A DNA stretch of 64,000 bases from Azolla caroliniana (taxonomy: Eukaryota > Plantae > Polypodiophyta): positions 13,578,001 to 13,642,000 of the forward strand of contig JBHGNT010000012.1 in NCBI GenBank assembly GCA_043228905.1. Reading direction: 5' to 3'. Of this stretch, positions 50,716 through 64,000 are shown piece by piece. The first letter of the stretch is position 1. Each line of letters begins with the position of its first letter. The notes beneath the pieces were generated by a model. The model saw nothing but the letters and a program-made list of their open reading frames with translations, was not told where the DNA came from and did not search any database. Made by a program: the position numbers and the translations under genes.

Positions 50716-51090
50716 ATGAGAGTGAGAAAGCAGGATGTCGATCCATCCGACCACCCCCAAGCAAAGGGATCGAGATGGACTCGAGCTTTGATCGGTGTCC
50801 CATACCATTGCCATGGCGTCGAGTCGTACATGGTGCTAGCGTGCTCACTACAAGAGTTGACCCACCACAGAACGGAGTCTCGACATAGTCAAGAGATGAT
50901 CAAATGAGGGTAGCGATACCCAAGGCCCCTAGGCAAGTTCACACTTGGCCTAATGGGTTGTCTCAATCCCATTGATTAAAGTAATCCTTCCCTTCTTTAC
51001 ACTCTCGTTGAACCCTCACACTTTATCCACGTGTATAGAATACTACGGTAAATTCTCACTACGGGATATTATAAGGTCATGCCCATAATA
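50716..51090 (-). repeat. Truncated isolated chromovirus LTR
   Basis: Reverse complement of the 10961-type LTR; U5 end missing. Confidence 0.9.
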
Positions 51091-52499
51091 GCAGGGAAGT
51101 TTTCTAAGAGAGGGGATGAGGTCTCGATCAATGGCACAAACCATGCTTGTGTCAGCCCTGACAGAAGGGTGCCAACAAGGCCGACCTGAGAAAAATCGCT
51201 AGCATATCGTTGGGGTTGTAAACGGATGATAAACTAAATTTGATTGATGAAACCGCGAAGATACGCCCTCGTTCCATTGAATTTGTCGGGTAGACTAACG
51301 ATGGGTTCGAGGACATATGGATGGGAAGGGGAAATGGTTGGGCTAGGTGCTGATTGTGGGTGTGGCTCAAAGGGGGGCTCAAATTATGTTTGGAGTGGCT
51401 ACAACCTATTGGCCTAGCCGAATTGGACCCGAATTTTCTTATTGTATCTCGGATGACAATCGGGTGCTAAACTTGCTCAAAGTGGCTACTACAATTAGGG
51501 GGGACAGATCTGACTAGTCTTCCCGAATATCGCCTAGCCGGATTGAGCGTAGTTAATTGTCACTCTGATTTCAAAGGCCGATCAAAGATTATATGCTATT
51601 TGTGCCATTTTCCCAGGCCAATCTTGCTTCAACTGACTACCATGATGAGAAGGGCAAAGCCGACTGGTCTTTCTAGATGTCGTCTAGCCGAATGAAGCAC
51701 GGATGGGGTTTGTTCATGGGCCAAATCTACTTCAAGTTGTTACAACGCAGAAGTGAACAACGTTGGATGACCTGTCTGATTGCCATCTAACCCGAGGAAG
51801 CACGATTGAGACCAATCCAATGAGAAAAAAACTCACCCCAAGCGACTACAATCACAAAAACAAAGTATAGCCAGCAAGCCTACTTCAAGGGTGATCTAGC
51901 TTAGTGGAGTGCAAACTTTTTAGGTGTTTCTTCTCATAGAGAGTGATCTCATAATCTGTTCGAATAGACAAATCTGTCTTAAAAATCTACAAGGGACACT
52001 AGGAGGAGTGATGACGAAGATAAGATGGTGATCAGGTGCCTTATATCTTCGTATAGATGACAAGCAACAAGTGTAACAACAAATTAACAACATGAGAGCA
52101 ACTAAATCAAAATATAAGATCAAGAAGGACAACAAGATGAGACATGGAGAAGGGCACAGGCATAGTGTAACTGTCTTATCACAAGAAGTTACATATATGT
52201 CACAACAACACCACACTAGGTTACAAATTTCAATTTAAATACAAATTGAACTAGGGCAACAACCCTTCGCTGTCTTAACCTAAACCTAGTCTGTCCAATG
52301 GCATAGTGTGAATACATTCATTATGTGCTTGTATTCGACACTTCGATCTCCAAAAGGGATGTTGCTTGTGCTCAACTTTCTCATGGATATGCAACCCTTA
52401 GTGGTATTGAAAGACAATCTACACATTTGCAGCTCCAAGATCCAAGAACTAAATTGTGGTTGATCAATACACTTCTGAGACAAATTTTGTTCTTTTTAG

Positions 52500-53100
52500 A
52501 GTAGAAACATGGGGATTGAGTCTTAACATGGCAAATAAACCTTCATTTTCAATGATTGCTTGCATGATATAATCTAGATAGAGATTAGAGCAGCCTTGTA
52601 ATGATTGAGGCATTATTATGATCAGTGACCTATATCCAACGGCTTTGGGAGCTCCCTACATGAAGGCATTTATGTCATCAAAGCATCTTGATGAAAATCC
52701 AGCTATTCATTGTTGGTATGTTGAAATGCAACAATGGTTTGAGTCATATGGAATGAGTGTAAATGCACTACTCCGTTCCAATATAGCTTGGATTGTCCCC
52801 ATCTAAACATGACCAAAGTGGGCCTTTTCTATTTAGAACTCAAGAGACACAAGGAAATTTGAAGGAGAATCATACCGCCAAACAAGCTCATCTACAAAGA
52901 ATAGAGTGAGCCAAATTGATATTATTAACTTGGAAACAAAAATAACATGGATGAGCCCCATAATATCACTTGGTATGAAGATGACCCACTACGAGACACA
53001 CTTTTTACACACATTGGAGTATGGATTCATCATCATGCCACCTTATATGGACATACGCTTATCCTATGCATTCTATAGTATAATAGGATAGTTGCAAACT
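52500..53100 (+). pseudogene. Possible decayed LINE ORF2 C-terminal remnant
   Basis: Fragments such as MIEALL*SVTYIQRLWELP resemble the post-RT region of 60248..61171; no catalytic motif. Confidence 0.35.
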
Positions 53101-53306
53101 TCATCACTATCACGGACACACCAATCACAAACTCGGATGAAGCACGGATGATGGGGCTACAAGCATGGAACTTAAGAAGTTAGGAACGAGACAAGCGCAT
53201 GAAGACAGAGATGAAGAAGAAGACAAGATGGAATGGAACAAGAAGACTAGATTGATGTGTCAATGACTGATGTTGAAGGAAAAGAAGAAAGAAAGCTTCA
53301 TCGACA

Positions 53307-56300
53307 ATGAATACTCAAAGAAAGTTGGATCGAAACAACTTTGCATATTGGGAGTAGAAAATGCACCAATACCTTGTCAGGCAAGGATATTGGAGCTATA
53401 TCAAAGAAGCACAAGAAAATCAACCCGACCCATAAGACGTCGACTACTCAACATGGGAGCAAGCGGCAAGCCAAGTGATGTATTGCTTGGTGACATGTGT
53501 TCATGACCACATGCTCGTCTACATTCGAGAAGCCGAGACGCTGAAGGAAGCATGGGAGAATCTCAAGAAGCTTTTCGCCACCAACACGACGGCATGAAAC
53601 CTTCAACTCTACCAAGAGCTGAACAACATCCAACAAAGGGATATGTCCATCACAAGCTATACCTTGAAGATCAAGGAGCGTTGTGACTTGCTAGGCTCAA
53701 TAAGAGTCGATGTGGATGATGATGAAATGGTGCAAATATGCCTCGGCGGCTTTGCACCACGGTTTGGCACAATGAGGACTGTCATACTAGCACGGGAGAA
53801 TCCTCCCTCTTTCTTCAATCTTCAATCCATGTTGTTGGTTGAAGAAAACCATGTTCGAACAAGGAGCAATGCCTCGGAAGGCCACATGCTCTACATGCAT
53901 TCGAACGGAGGAAGAGGACGCAACCGAGCAAGAGGCCGATTCGGCCAAGGACGAGGTGGATGAGGTCTGACTCATGAAAACAACTCCCAATTTTGGCAAC
54001 AAGAAGGAAGCCATTGAGGAACCTTTGGAAGAAGGGGGAGCTTCCATTCTGTCCCACACCAACAAAACTCGATCGAATGTGGATATTGCGGCAAAATCAG
54101 CCACCACGAGAGTGTTGAAAGAAGATGCCCAAGTCAGCTTCCACTAGTCGACAACTCACCAATTACGCCACCGACTCTGACTATGACGATCATGGTGGAA
54201 TGTTCGTGATGAGACATAGAGAAAATTCTATGTCGGCTTGTACCTGAACTAGTGCCACCAGTTTGGAAGACGTATGGTTCGTCGAATTTGGTGCCTCGAA
54301 CCATATGACGTCTCATCAAGAATGGTTCCGAGAACTTCAAGAGCCGGATCGAGTTGGCTATGTCGAAACTGGAGATGACACTACTCATCTGATTCAGCAC
54401 ATCGGCAATGTTCCATTCGGAAAAGAAGGTAACCAAAATACATTAAGAATGTCTTGCATGTACCAACTATTACGAAGAATTTGGTCTCCATCGGCCAAAT
54501 TGTTGAGCAAGGAATGCAAGTTCGATTTAATCAAGTCGGTTGTTCCATCGAGAAAGAGGGTCGACTCATCGCTCGTGGACGAAGAGAGGGCCGAATGTTC
54601 ATTCTCGACTCACACGAGATGAAATCGGCCATGTTTGCAAAAGGCATCAAAGCCGACACCGACATAGATTTGGGGCACAAGAAGATTGGCCACATCAACC
54701 TCCAAAAGCTCAAGGCAATGCAATCGAAAGGAGTTGTCATCGGACTCTCGACCTTCGAAGAGAAAGAGATTGAAGGCATATGTGCAGACTGCCAATTCAG
54801 CAAGCAACATCGATACCCATTTCCAAAGGAAAGGAACGTGGGTAAAGGCATACTCGACGTAATTCATTCCGATGTATGGGGACCGGCTTAGATGGCTACA
54901 TTCGGCGGATGTCGATACTACGTGGCCTTCATCGACGACTTCTCTAGGCACACATGGATCTACCCCATGTGGCTGAAGAGCAAAGTGTTCAGACACTTCC
55001 AAAAATTCAAGAGTGGAATCGAAAAGGAAACAGGTCAACATGTACAATGTCTTCAGTCGGATGGAGGAAAAGAGTACTTCTCCGACAAATTTTCGGCTTT
55101 TCTTCGAAAAGAAGGAATTCGGCAAGAATTTTCGTGTCGACATATGCCACAATAGAATGGAGTAGCCAAACAAAAGAATCAACACATCCTTGAAGTAGCA
55201 GGGGCCATGCTTAACGAGAAGCACATGCTGAAATCATATTGGGAAAAAGCCATCAACACAACCGTCTACCTAATGAACTGGTGTACAACATCCAACATGC
55301 ATGAGGTTACCCCGCACGAGAAGTTTTTCGGAAAGAAGCCGAATCTATCACATGTTTGGATATTCGGCTCCATTGCATACGTGCACATCCCCGACGAGAA
55401 GCTACAGAAGCTTGACCCAAAATCAGAGAAATGTATCCTCGTAGGATACTCACTGGAGCAAAAGGGGTACAAGTACTATAACCCCTTTACTCAGAAGGTT
55501 CGTGCAAGCCGAGATGTAGTCTTCGACAAATTGGCATCATGCTACGAACCCGAGCCGATGAGAAGCTACAGAAGCTTGACCCAAAATCAGAGAAATGTAA
55601 CCTCGTAGGATACTCACTGGAGCAAAAGGGGTACAAGTACTATAACCCCTTTACTCAGAAGGTTCGTGTAAGCCGAGATGTAGTCTTCGACAAATTGGCA
55701 TCATGCTACAAACCCGAGCCGAATCCTCCCGAACCATTTCTAGTCGACCGGAATCCACCAAACGAGAGATAGAAGATGGAGATTGACTCGAACACATGTT
55801 CGAAGAAAGTCCGATTACGACAAGGCTTAGTGGGCCACAAGAGCCTCCGAGCGACCAAAGCACATCTCGGCCTAGTTTGAAGATGGACAAACGCAAGGAG
55901 AAAATGTCGGAGTATGAAGACGATCAATTCGACGGCAACGAATTGACTCACACCCTCGATAGTGAGTTCGGTGGCTTCGACGTACCTATCATGAGGACAT
56001 CTGGCATAAAGAAAGCCTTTGCCACAGCAAACAAAAAACTTCGTCGCTCCACCCATGAGAAGAATCTTGTTAGCTAATTCGGCTACAACGATTATATGGC
56101 ATACCACTACGCCTTTATGATGAAGGTGGTGACCGTTCGAGAACCGGAAAGTTTTTCGGAAGTAGCCAAGGATCCACGATGCAGACACTATGCAAGAACG
56201 AGACATGGGATCTCGTTCCCCACTCATCGCACAAGAAGGCAATCAGCTGCAGATGGATTTACAAGGTGAAGTATAATGTCAACGACTCCGTAAACCGCTA

Positions 56301-57662
56301 CAAAGCCCAACAAATTCGAGATGACGGACATGAACTTCCTTGGCATCGAGGTAATTCCGACTCCAACCGGCATTATGATCTCTCAACGGCACTACATCCT
56401 TAACTTGTATAACAAGTTCGGGATGGTTGAGTGAAATCTATGGCAACCCCTCTCGATCGAAACTTCAAACTAGATGCCGACTCCGGCACAGAATAGTGCG
56501 AGCTGACTCAATATCGACAACTAATCGGCAGTCTCATCTACCTCACGATCACTCGACCCGATCTGAACTATCCGGTCGGCCTCCTTAGCCAATTCATGCA
56601 AACTCCATGAGATATCCATTTGGATTGTGCTAAGAGAGTATTATGATATGTGAGCGGCACAATGGATTATGGTATTCTCTACGAATCGATCACACCTATT
56701 CGACTCAAAGGGTACTCGGAGGCCGAATACAGGGGTGCAGCTGTGATTGCATGTGAAGTCGTATGGCTCAAGAGGATTTTGAAGGATCTGGGCGTTCCCA
56801 TCAAGGATCTGACTCCCCTCTACTATGACAACATGAGCAATATTTCTCTGGCTTGAAACCCAGTGTTCCATGCACGCACAAAGCATATCGGAGTGCACTA
56901 TCACTTCATTCGAGAGCGCGTGCAGGCCGGAGATGTCAACCTTCAACGCATCAACACGAATCTTCAGACGGTCGACATCTTCACCAAGGCCCTAGGAGCT
57001 GACAAGCTTCGACAACTCATGTCAGATCTTGGATTGATGATCCCTGACTTGCCAAGCTTGAGGGGGAGTACAAGAGAGAACCAGATATCGTCCGAACTAG
57101 GTATGAGCCGAAGCAGACACCGTAGATTGTCTGAATCGGATACCACCCGAAGTGGACATCAACCGAAAGGAACCGACCCGAGTTGAGCTTGAGGGGGCAT
57201 GTTTAGAATCAAGCTCAACCTAGTGCAACATGTGAACACACCCTTTGAGAATCTATGATCACTAAAAGGTCAAGAGTCACTCCACTACTCTCTACACATT
57301 TAACTATGTGTCACAGAATCATATTCTATGACACATAACTAATGAGTTCCATATTCCCCATGACTATGAGTCTTCACATTCCCCAAGAGAGAGTAGTTGT
57401 TGTAGTGTTAATGAAGAGAGAGTGTGACCTTATATAAAGCACCCTTCTCCTACTTCATACAATGTCGGTCGTGACTCCTTATAATGCTACATTTTTGTAT
57501 CTCATATTCTCCTTGTGAATATTCATCTTCTTCTTCTTGAGTATTTCATTTCTCTAGCTTATCTATCTTGTGTTTCTCTTCTCTCATCTCTTTTGTCTCA
57601 CACATACACACACATAACACACATCTCTTCCGCTGCACAAGAATCATATCCGATTCTTTACA
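53307..57662 (+). mobile_element. Copia-1-family element, heavily decayed; 3' LTR 57200-57662, no 5' LTR seen
   Basis: gag, PR, IN, RT and RH fragments collinear with 1961-6250; deletions at ~56310 (RT) and ~55 bp-scale and larger gaps near 56715 (RH); PPT at 57191-57199. Confidence 0.92.
55391..55720 (+). repeat. 164-bp tandem duplication in integrase
   Basis: CCGA(C/T)GAGAAGCTACAGAAG... begins at 55391 and 55555. Confidence 0.9.
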
Positions 57663-58470
57663 GTATATATAAACAAATACCTTTAGAAAAAAGAATTTTC
57701 AAATTGTGTCATCAAGGAGTGGGATCCAAAGAACACCATGTTTGTCACTATAGTGTCTTTTATGATATCAGAGGGAAATATACTTGGCTTTTTAAACTAG
57801 GCTTTGGCCTGCTACGCAAGGTAATGGAATATGAGGACCAATAGTGCCTAGGCCTTTTCTTTGCTAGAACTCAAGAGGCATAGGGAAAAGTGGTTGAAGG
57901 ACAATAATACAAGCACACAAGCTCATCCACAAAGGACAATCATAAATTTCTTTAGCCCCATCACTCCTACTAATGGTACAAGGCAATCAAGGGATACAAA
58001 AATAGGCTCCCGACCATGACATAACAAAAGTGTTACAATAGATTGGGCAATAGCAATTTGTCGTGCATGTAAGCCTCGTCCTCATGGACCACAACCCCAA
58101 CACGCATGTCATCAACAAGTAAAGGACGTTATCTCTTGCCATCGCAGGTGCTTCCCTCGCTTTGGAGACCTCTCCATTCTGGATCGACCTATGCTAGAGA
58201 TCTTTCGAAGACAAAAGCTACAATATATCTAACTTGAGAATCTCACATGTGCTAAAAATCAGATTCCCTCATCTCTTTTTATCTTATTTACTTTTCTATA
58301 TACTGAGGAATACTTATTTTATTTTGATTTGTTGTTCTCAAATACGAGACAACACTTAAGATGTAATCTCTTGTTTGGTCTTATAAGCCATTTTGGCCTC
58401 TTAAAATACCTTAACCTCTCTCTCTCTCTCTCTCTAAAGTGTTGTCATTGAGAATGAAAGTCTTAAACAA

Positions 58471-59118
58471 GTGGTTGCAAAACTTCAAGAAGAGATTCAA
58501 GAATGTAAAAGAGCTTCTTTCGAAACAAATGAACACCTTAACAAGATTGAGTTAAAGGAAGCATTAAAAGAAGAAAAATTGGACACGATGAGGCGAGATG
58601 TAAGTGAGATGAAAAATGTATGTACAACAAAATCATGGTCCGATGTATGCGGTGGGGATGTGTTATCAAACTCACCTAATATGCATGTGATGCATCAAGA
58701 GAAGAATATAGAAAGCATACATGTCCGAGAATTGAAAGAATGTGAACGACGATCAAAGAACATTGTCGTCAGTGGGATTAAAGAAGAGAGTGTGGAAACA
58801 CCCACATCCCTTGGAAAGGCCATTGGTGAATTTTTTAGCATGCATTATGGGATTTCAGATGTGAATGTATATGGGGCACACCAAGTTGGGAAACATCGTG
58901 TTACTCGCTCCGGAGAAAGGCCTATTGTATGCACAATGACAGATGATACAAAGCGGCAGATCATACTTGAAAATAATTGGGTATACCTCAAAGGTACGCA
59001 ATGCTTTGTGAGTGAAGATCGTACTATCTCACAACAAAATGCTCGCCGTACAGCATATGAAGAAAGATTGAAAAATAAGGTTAAGGATGTGCCTAAAGAT
59101 GGAAATGTAGGCAAATAG
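58471..59118 (+). CDS. LINE ORF1-like protein, probably 5'-truncated
   Basis: Coiled coil, then ERRSKNIVVSGIKE, RPIVC and FVSEDRT motifs; lies directly upstream of the endonuclease. Confidence 0.75.
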   Translation: MVAKLQEEIQECKRASFETNEHLNKIELKEALKEEKLDTMRRDVSEMKNVCTTKSWSDVCGGDVLSNSPNMHVMHQEKNIESIHVRELKECERRSKNIVVSGIKEESVETPTSLGKAIGEFFSMHYGISDVNVYGAHQVGKHRVTRSGERPIVCTMTDDTKRQIILENNWVYLKGTQCFVSEDRTISQQNARRTAYEERLKNKVKDVPKDGNVGK

Positions 59119-59149
59119 GGACACGTGATCTATGAGACTAACCCACGCC

Positions 59150-60062
59150 TTTTACGACTATGCTTTTGGAATTGCAATGGATACCCATGGAATACAGGAT
59201 TTGGCATAGAGGAGTTCACCGATGACTCATATATCACACTTCTTGTTGAAACATGGGAGCATGATACTTAAGGATTCAAGGTTTAGGAAACTATAATGTA
59301 CACTCTTTGATATGGAAGAAAAATCCAAGACAAAGAAGAGGACAAGGAGGGGTGGCATGTTTGATTAAGAAGGAAATAGAGAAATATGTTTCAATCATAA
59401 AAAATGATGAACATAAATGCTACACATGGCTCAAAATAGAAACACCTAATGATTTGCCCACTTTTGTAGCTGGATGTTACATTCCTCATCAAGATTCTAA
59501 CTTTTATGCTTGTTTGGATAAAGATCAACCTTTTGCCAATCTAGAAGATGATATTGTTTATTTTAAATCCAAAGGGGAAGTTATTGTCTTTGGTGACATG
59601 AATGCTCATACAAGAAGTTTCCAACTTGATTCACAAGAATCTTTCATGCCACATATTTCAAGGATGCAAGAGGATATGCAAATGTATAGCCGCTCTTCTA
59701 GCGATGAAAAAGATCCTGACCAATTTGGGAAGTTACTTATTGCAAATGGTATTTCCTTATGGCCCAACACTAATGGTTTTACATGTAGAAAACACAACAT
59801 AAATAGTGTGATTGACTATGTGCTACTTTCTGAAGGTATTTTGGATCGTATACATAAATTCTCACTTAATGAATGGACATCGGAATCTGATCATAGGCCT
59901 TTATGTATTGATCTCAAATATATGCATAGGTTTGATTGTGAGAAGGCTATTGAAGATAATAAACAACCCCACTTGAGCATGAACCTTAAGCGAGCACCCA
60001 TGTATTCCAAGATGGTTGAGGATATGTTACAAATGACAAAGCTACATCATGGTCCACACTAG
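59150..60062 (+). pseudogene. LINE apurinic-like endonuclease domain
   Basis: FWNCNG, VETW, GCYIP, FGDMNA, VIDYVL, SDHRPL. Confidence 0.9.
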
Positions 60063-60139
60063 AATGCAAATGGGAAGCTTTCAAGAAAGTCATTCTCTCT
60101 TGTACAAACAAATGTTTTTTGACCAACCGCACATCTTGG

Positions 60140-61600
60140 AAATGCACCATTGATCACCTTATCACCCTTCGAGTATTAATGGAGGAAAGTCGCCTTAGAG
60201 GTAAAGGTTTATATCGTTTCTTTGTAGACTTCTAGAAAGCTTTTGATATGGTACCTCGTGAGCATCTTTGGAGGCGAATGGAAGAACTTGAGGTGCCAAG
60301 TGAATATATGCTTGCAATTTCCCGAATTTATGAGAAGGTTATATGTTGTGTGCACATGAGAGATAAACTTTTAGATTTTTTCAAAAGCACTATTGGTGTT
60401 AAGCAAGGAGGCCCACTCTCACCAACACTATTTGGTCTATGCATTGATGAATTGGAAGAAATGGTTACCAAGTTTGCAAAGGAAGAATGTGTTGAAGAAG
60501 TTGCCATTGGGAATGTTGTGATTATGCTTTTGTTATATGTAGATGATATAGTGTTTTTAGCAAATACTTTAGGAGATGCACAAAAGCTTATGAAGGCATT
60601 GGAAAAATTTTGCATGCATACTAAATTAAGTGTCAATAACTCTAAAACAAAGATTATGCTTGTGAAGAGCCAAAAAAGAGATAAACCATGCATTATGTAC
60701 AACAATGAGCCACTTGAATGTGTGGAAAGCTTCAAATATCTTGGCCTTGAAGTTCCTTCAAATCATAGATGGAATAAATGTGCTACACGCCGCTTAGAGG
60801 CGGGTAAGCGAGCATACTATGCATTTGAGAACACATGCAACCTTGGAGATATTAAGTGTTGGGTCCTCAAGAAATATCTTTTCGACACTTTGGTGACACC
60901 GGTTCTTCTCTATGGGGTGGAAGTATGGGGTGGTAGCGTCCCTAAATCTATGTGGAAAGAGTTTGAAAATGTCCAAAAACATTTTCTTACAAAGTTTCTA
61001 CAAATTAAGAAACAAACGCCCTACACCCTCCTCCTTGAGATAGGATCACTTCCCATTGAGATCATGGCCATGGAAAGGGTTGTTGAATATATGCTTAAGG
61101 TTCAAAAATGTCCCCCACATCAACTTCCTAGAATTGCATGGGAAGCAAGCAAAAAGATCCAAAAGACGTAATAAAAGCAAATTTTTGTGTTCCGATTAGA
61201 TGTAAGATATAGAAAAATGGTTTGGTAGATGGGATGCAAGACACTTGCTTCATGATGCATCACTAGATTCCTCAATAAATGAAGCCTTTTTGCAACGGTA
61301 ATGTATCATGACATGGGACAAATGTGGAGGTTCACGCTTCACACATAATACACATGTTGTACCTAACTACAAAACTATATTCTTTATGGAATGGGGAAAC
61401 CATACAGATCGATACATGTTAGAGCCCATCCCGTTATCTGCCATTGCTTCCATGCAACTTAGCTGACGTGCATTGCAATGTGAGATGAGGCGTTGGGGCA
61501 CAAGTGATTAGAGTGGTCAGTTATGCACACTTTGCCCTAAACAAGTTCGAGAGTCTGAGTATCACACTTTGATCATATTCAACCATGCTTTCCACATCTC
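60140..61600 (+). pseudogene. LINE reverse transcriptase and C-terminal CCHC remnant
   Basis: VDF*KAFDMV, GVKQGGPLSPTLF, LLYVDD, FKYLG, LLYGVEVWG; CTLC...ESEYH. Confidence 0.92.
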
Positions 61601-61779
61601 TTCGACCGAGCCCAATCCTTGCATGAATTCCTCTCACAACCACAATGTGCACTCTCGATTGCAACATTCATTGGTAAAGTTCTTGAACATCGAGAGTCAC
61701 TACTCACTTTCACATGTATCACGTGAAATGTAATATTTTTGGTCTCATAGGTCCTATTTGACCTCCGAAGACGATAATA

Positions 61780-61824
<45 letters not shown>

Positions 61825-61829
61825 CGTAA

Positions 61830-62781
61830 ATAATGGCTTTCACTATGAAACAAAAAACACCACCATGACTAACTTACTACAAAGTATAGAACCCTTCTAT
61901 CTAGGGATCTAAAGAATATTATGACACCAAACTCAATGCTACCCTACACACCAATTTAAATGGCAAGTATGATGATATGTGACCTTGTAGAGTTCTCTTT
62001 CTTCCTGGTTGCGATTTCGTGACTTCTCAAGCACTGTTAATTGTCACAAAAGAAGTCTTTTTAACTTTAGAACATATTTTCTCACCCCAACTTGCAAATA
62101 AAAAATGAAGGCATTCCGCCCCCAATACCTCAAGAACTCAAAAATAATTTGAAAATGAGGCATCAGTTCATTGTTCTCCATATGTGCAAAAACCCAACTG
62201 AAGGAAGATAGACTTACTCATGTTAGAGACATCCACACTAAATTGATACACCTCCAAACCATCCTTGCCATCAGGCATGAAATAAATTGATGCCTACTAT
62301 GTTCCAATTCCACCGAACAAAAGAAACACAATCCTTTAGTAATGTTTCTTTTTTTTAATGCATCCCCTAATGGTAAAGCTCCAACCATAACTCTCCAAAT
62401 AAATACCTTGGCTCGTAGCATCAATCGAGAACACCAACCTGCCTTGATCACATGAAACCACCAAGTAATGGGCTTATGAAAACCCCATATCTTTATAACC
62501 ATTTCTTCCAAACACTTATGTTTGTCAATCAACTTGTGATAAGCAACATTCATTGACATCATAGTCAATCTCTTATTTCCAACAAACCTCCAATCAAGCT
62601 CTTGAGATCGCCCATTTAAATCAGGAATTGGCTCATGCAAAGATAGTATTTGTTGCAACTTATCCCAAATAAAGTTATAACCTTTTGGAATGCGAAATGT
62701 TGATCTTATTGGTCGAAAAGCCATTAATCTTCTTTGTGAAACCAACATAGCATCCTTAACTGCTACCAAACCCAATCTCGC

Positions 62782-62784
<3 letters not shown>
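61830..62784 (-). pseudogene. L1/Tx1-type LINE 3' fragment with zf-RVT
   Basis: KVFIWRVMVGALP..CFFC...EHSRHQFISC..ARMVW in ORF 62218..62784. Confidence 0.8.

Positions 62785-62841
<57 letters not shown>
62785..62841. repeat. (TC)n microsatellite
   Basis: About 28 TC units. Confidence 0.95.
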
Positions 62842-62842
<1 letters not shown>

Positions 62843-62871
62843 ATGCATGGCTAACAAACTCCCACCAGATA

Positions 62872-63610
62872 TTGCTTTGTATACAGAAGAGACCCACCAA
62901 TACATGGCTAGCAAACTCCCCAATATACAAGGATATAGACGGGAGTCAATACTCCGATACTAGGGGTTCAGGAGGAGTGGTTGTGTTATATAAAAAGGAG
63001 CTCCATGATAGAGTGCATGTTGTGCATAAGGACATAGATGCACATTACATGTGGATACGAATCAAAAGAGGGGATCTTAGGGAGCTATATATTGCAATTT
63101 TCTACTTTCCACCTACCTACTCAAGGTTTGCACCTCTCAGTGAATCATCATATATACCATTATATGATGATAGCATAAGATTTGCTACTATGGGGGACAT
63201 AATACTATTAAGAGACTTCAATGCATGAACCACTAAGGATGAACAACTTTGTTTGAAACTAGTGAGGCTATTTATGGAGAAGTTATGGCTGAAGAGGTTA
63301 GTCTAAAGCAACAAGCTCAAGATATGAGGATTATAAAAAAATATGGCAAACGCTTTGTAGCCTTAGGAAGTGTGCATAGACTTGTGATTTATAATGGATT
63401 GTCATAATGGCTTGGATCTGATTTATAATGGATTGTCATAATGGCTTGGATCTGATGCTTTAACATGTTGGAACCCAAAAGGAGGTGCACGCACAGTCGA
63501 TTACCTAATAGGATCTCCATCTCTTATACTTGAAATAAGAGAGTTCACTATATCGGGTAGACCTATTGGCTTGGCAACAGATCATTGATATCTACGCTTT
63601 GAAGAAAAGA
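62872..63610 (+). pseudogene. Second LINE endonuclease remnant
   Basis: RGSGGVVVL, YFPP, LRDFNA, TVDYLI, TDH; 34-bp tandem duplication at 63385-63452. Confidence 0.8.
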
Positions 63611-64000
63611 ATGGATGCACAAGGGATGTAATTCTAAGGAGGGTGGGTTGGCTAAGAATCAATTTACTTGCAAGACAATTGGTGTTTATAGTTGTGGAGT
63701 ATCCAATGGCATGCTAGATTTAGATCCTTTCGCAACCCTTGATGAAGTTACTCAAGGATTAGGAATCGGCAATGGTTCGGTTTTGGCTGAGCCGGTTTGG
63801 CCTAGTCCAAACCAAACTGGTTAAGCCTTAAACAGCTTGGGAGTTGCGGGATGCAGACCCATGAAACGAGCATGACAGTAAATTAACAGACAGGTCCATG
63901 AGAGAATCTCTATGCGTTAGATCAGAGAAGCTGCGGGAATACAGGAAATCCTGTGAGAGAATGGACCTCTTATGGAAAGACTTCTTCATGGACCCATATC

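Larger units (their letters stand above)
58436..61783 (+). mobile_element. LINE (APE-RT; clade unresolved, CR1/L2/RTEX-like), internally deleted, bounded by (CT)n on both sides
   Basis: ORF1 followed by EN, RT and CCHC remnants; (CT)n at 58416-58435 and 61784-61821. Confidence 0.88.

Noticed and set aside
63760-64000. DNA-transposon end or host exon at the right edge
   Set aside because: GGTTCGGTT-like motifs are suggestive, but no partner terminus or ORF lies within the window.

Overview
This is a eukaryotic, almost entirely transposon-derived window with no recognisable host gene. The element families suggest a bryophyte such as a Funariaceae moss (inference). It is a deep nest of LTR retrotransposons: five copies or fragments plus one isolated LTR of one chromodomain-bearing Ty3/Gypsy family (455-bp LTRs, iMet PBS); a Tcn1-like self-priming chromovirus; a second Gypsy lineage seen only as a gag/LTR remnant; three Ty1/Copia families; a solo LTR; and a 2.45-kb non-autonomous LTR element. 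A cluster of LINE remnants separated by (CT)n tracts closes the window. About 9.4 kb (~7835-17260) is duplicated almost identically at ~36938-46362. The most unusual observations are: (1) a TSD-flanked LTR element with tRNA primer-binding sites at both internal ends and no polypurine tract; (2) tRNA-like A/B-box cassettes at the U3 tip of two unrelated Gypsy LTRs; (3) a 95-bp TSD-flanked insertion with a U3 end on both sides; (4) a ~56-bp-period hairpin array in the chromovirus 5' UTR; (5) a conserved hairpin that loops out the Copia PPT. All boundaries were read by eye; lineage names are from memory of these families and need database confirmation.
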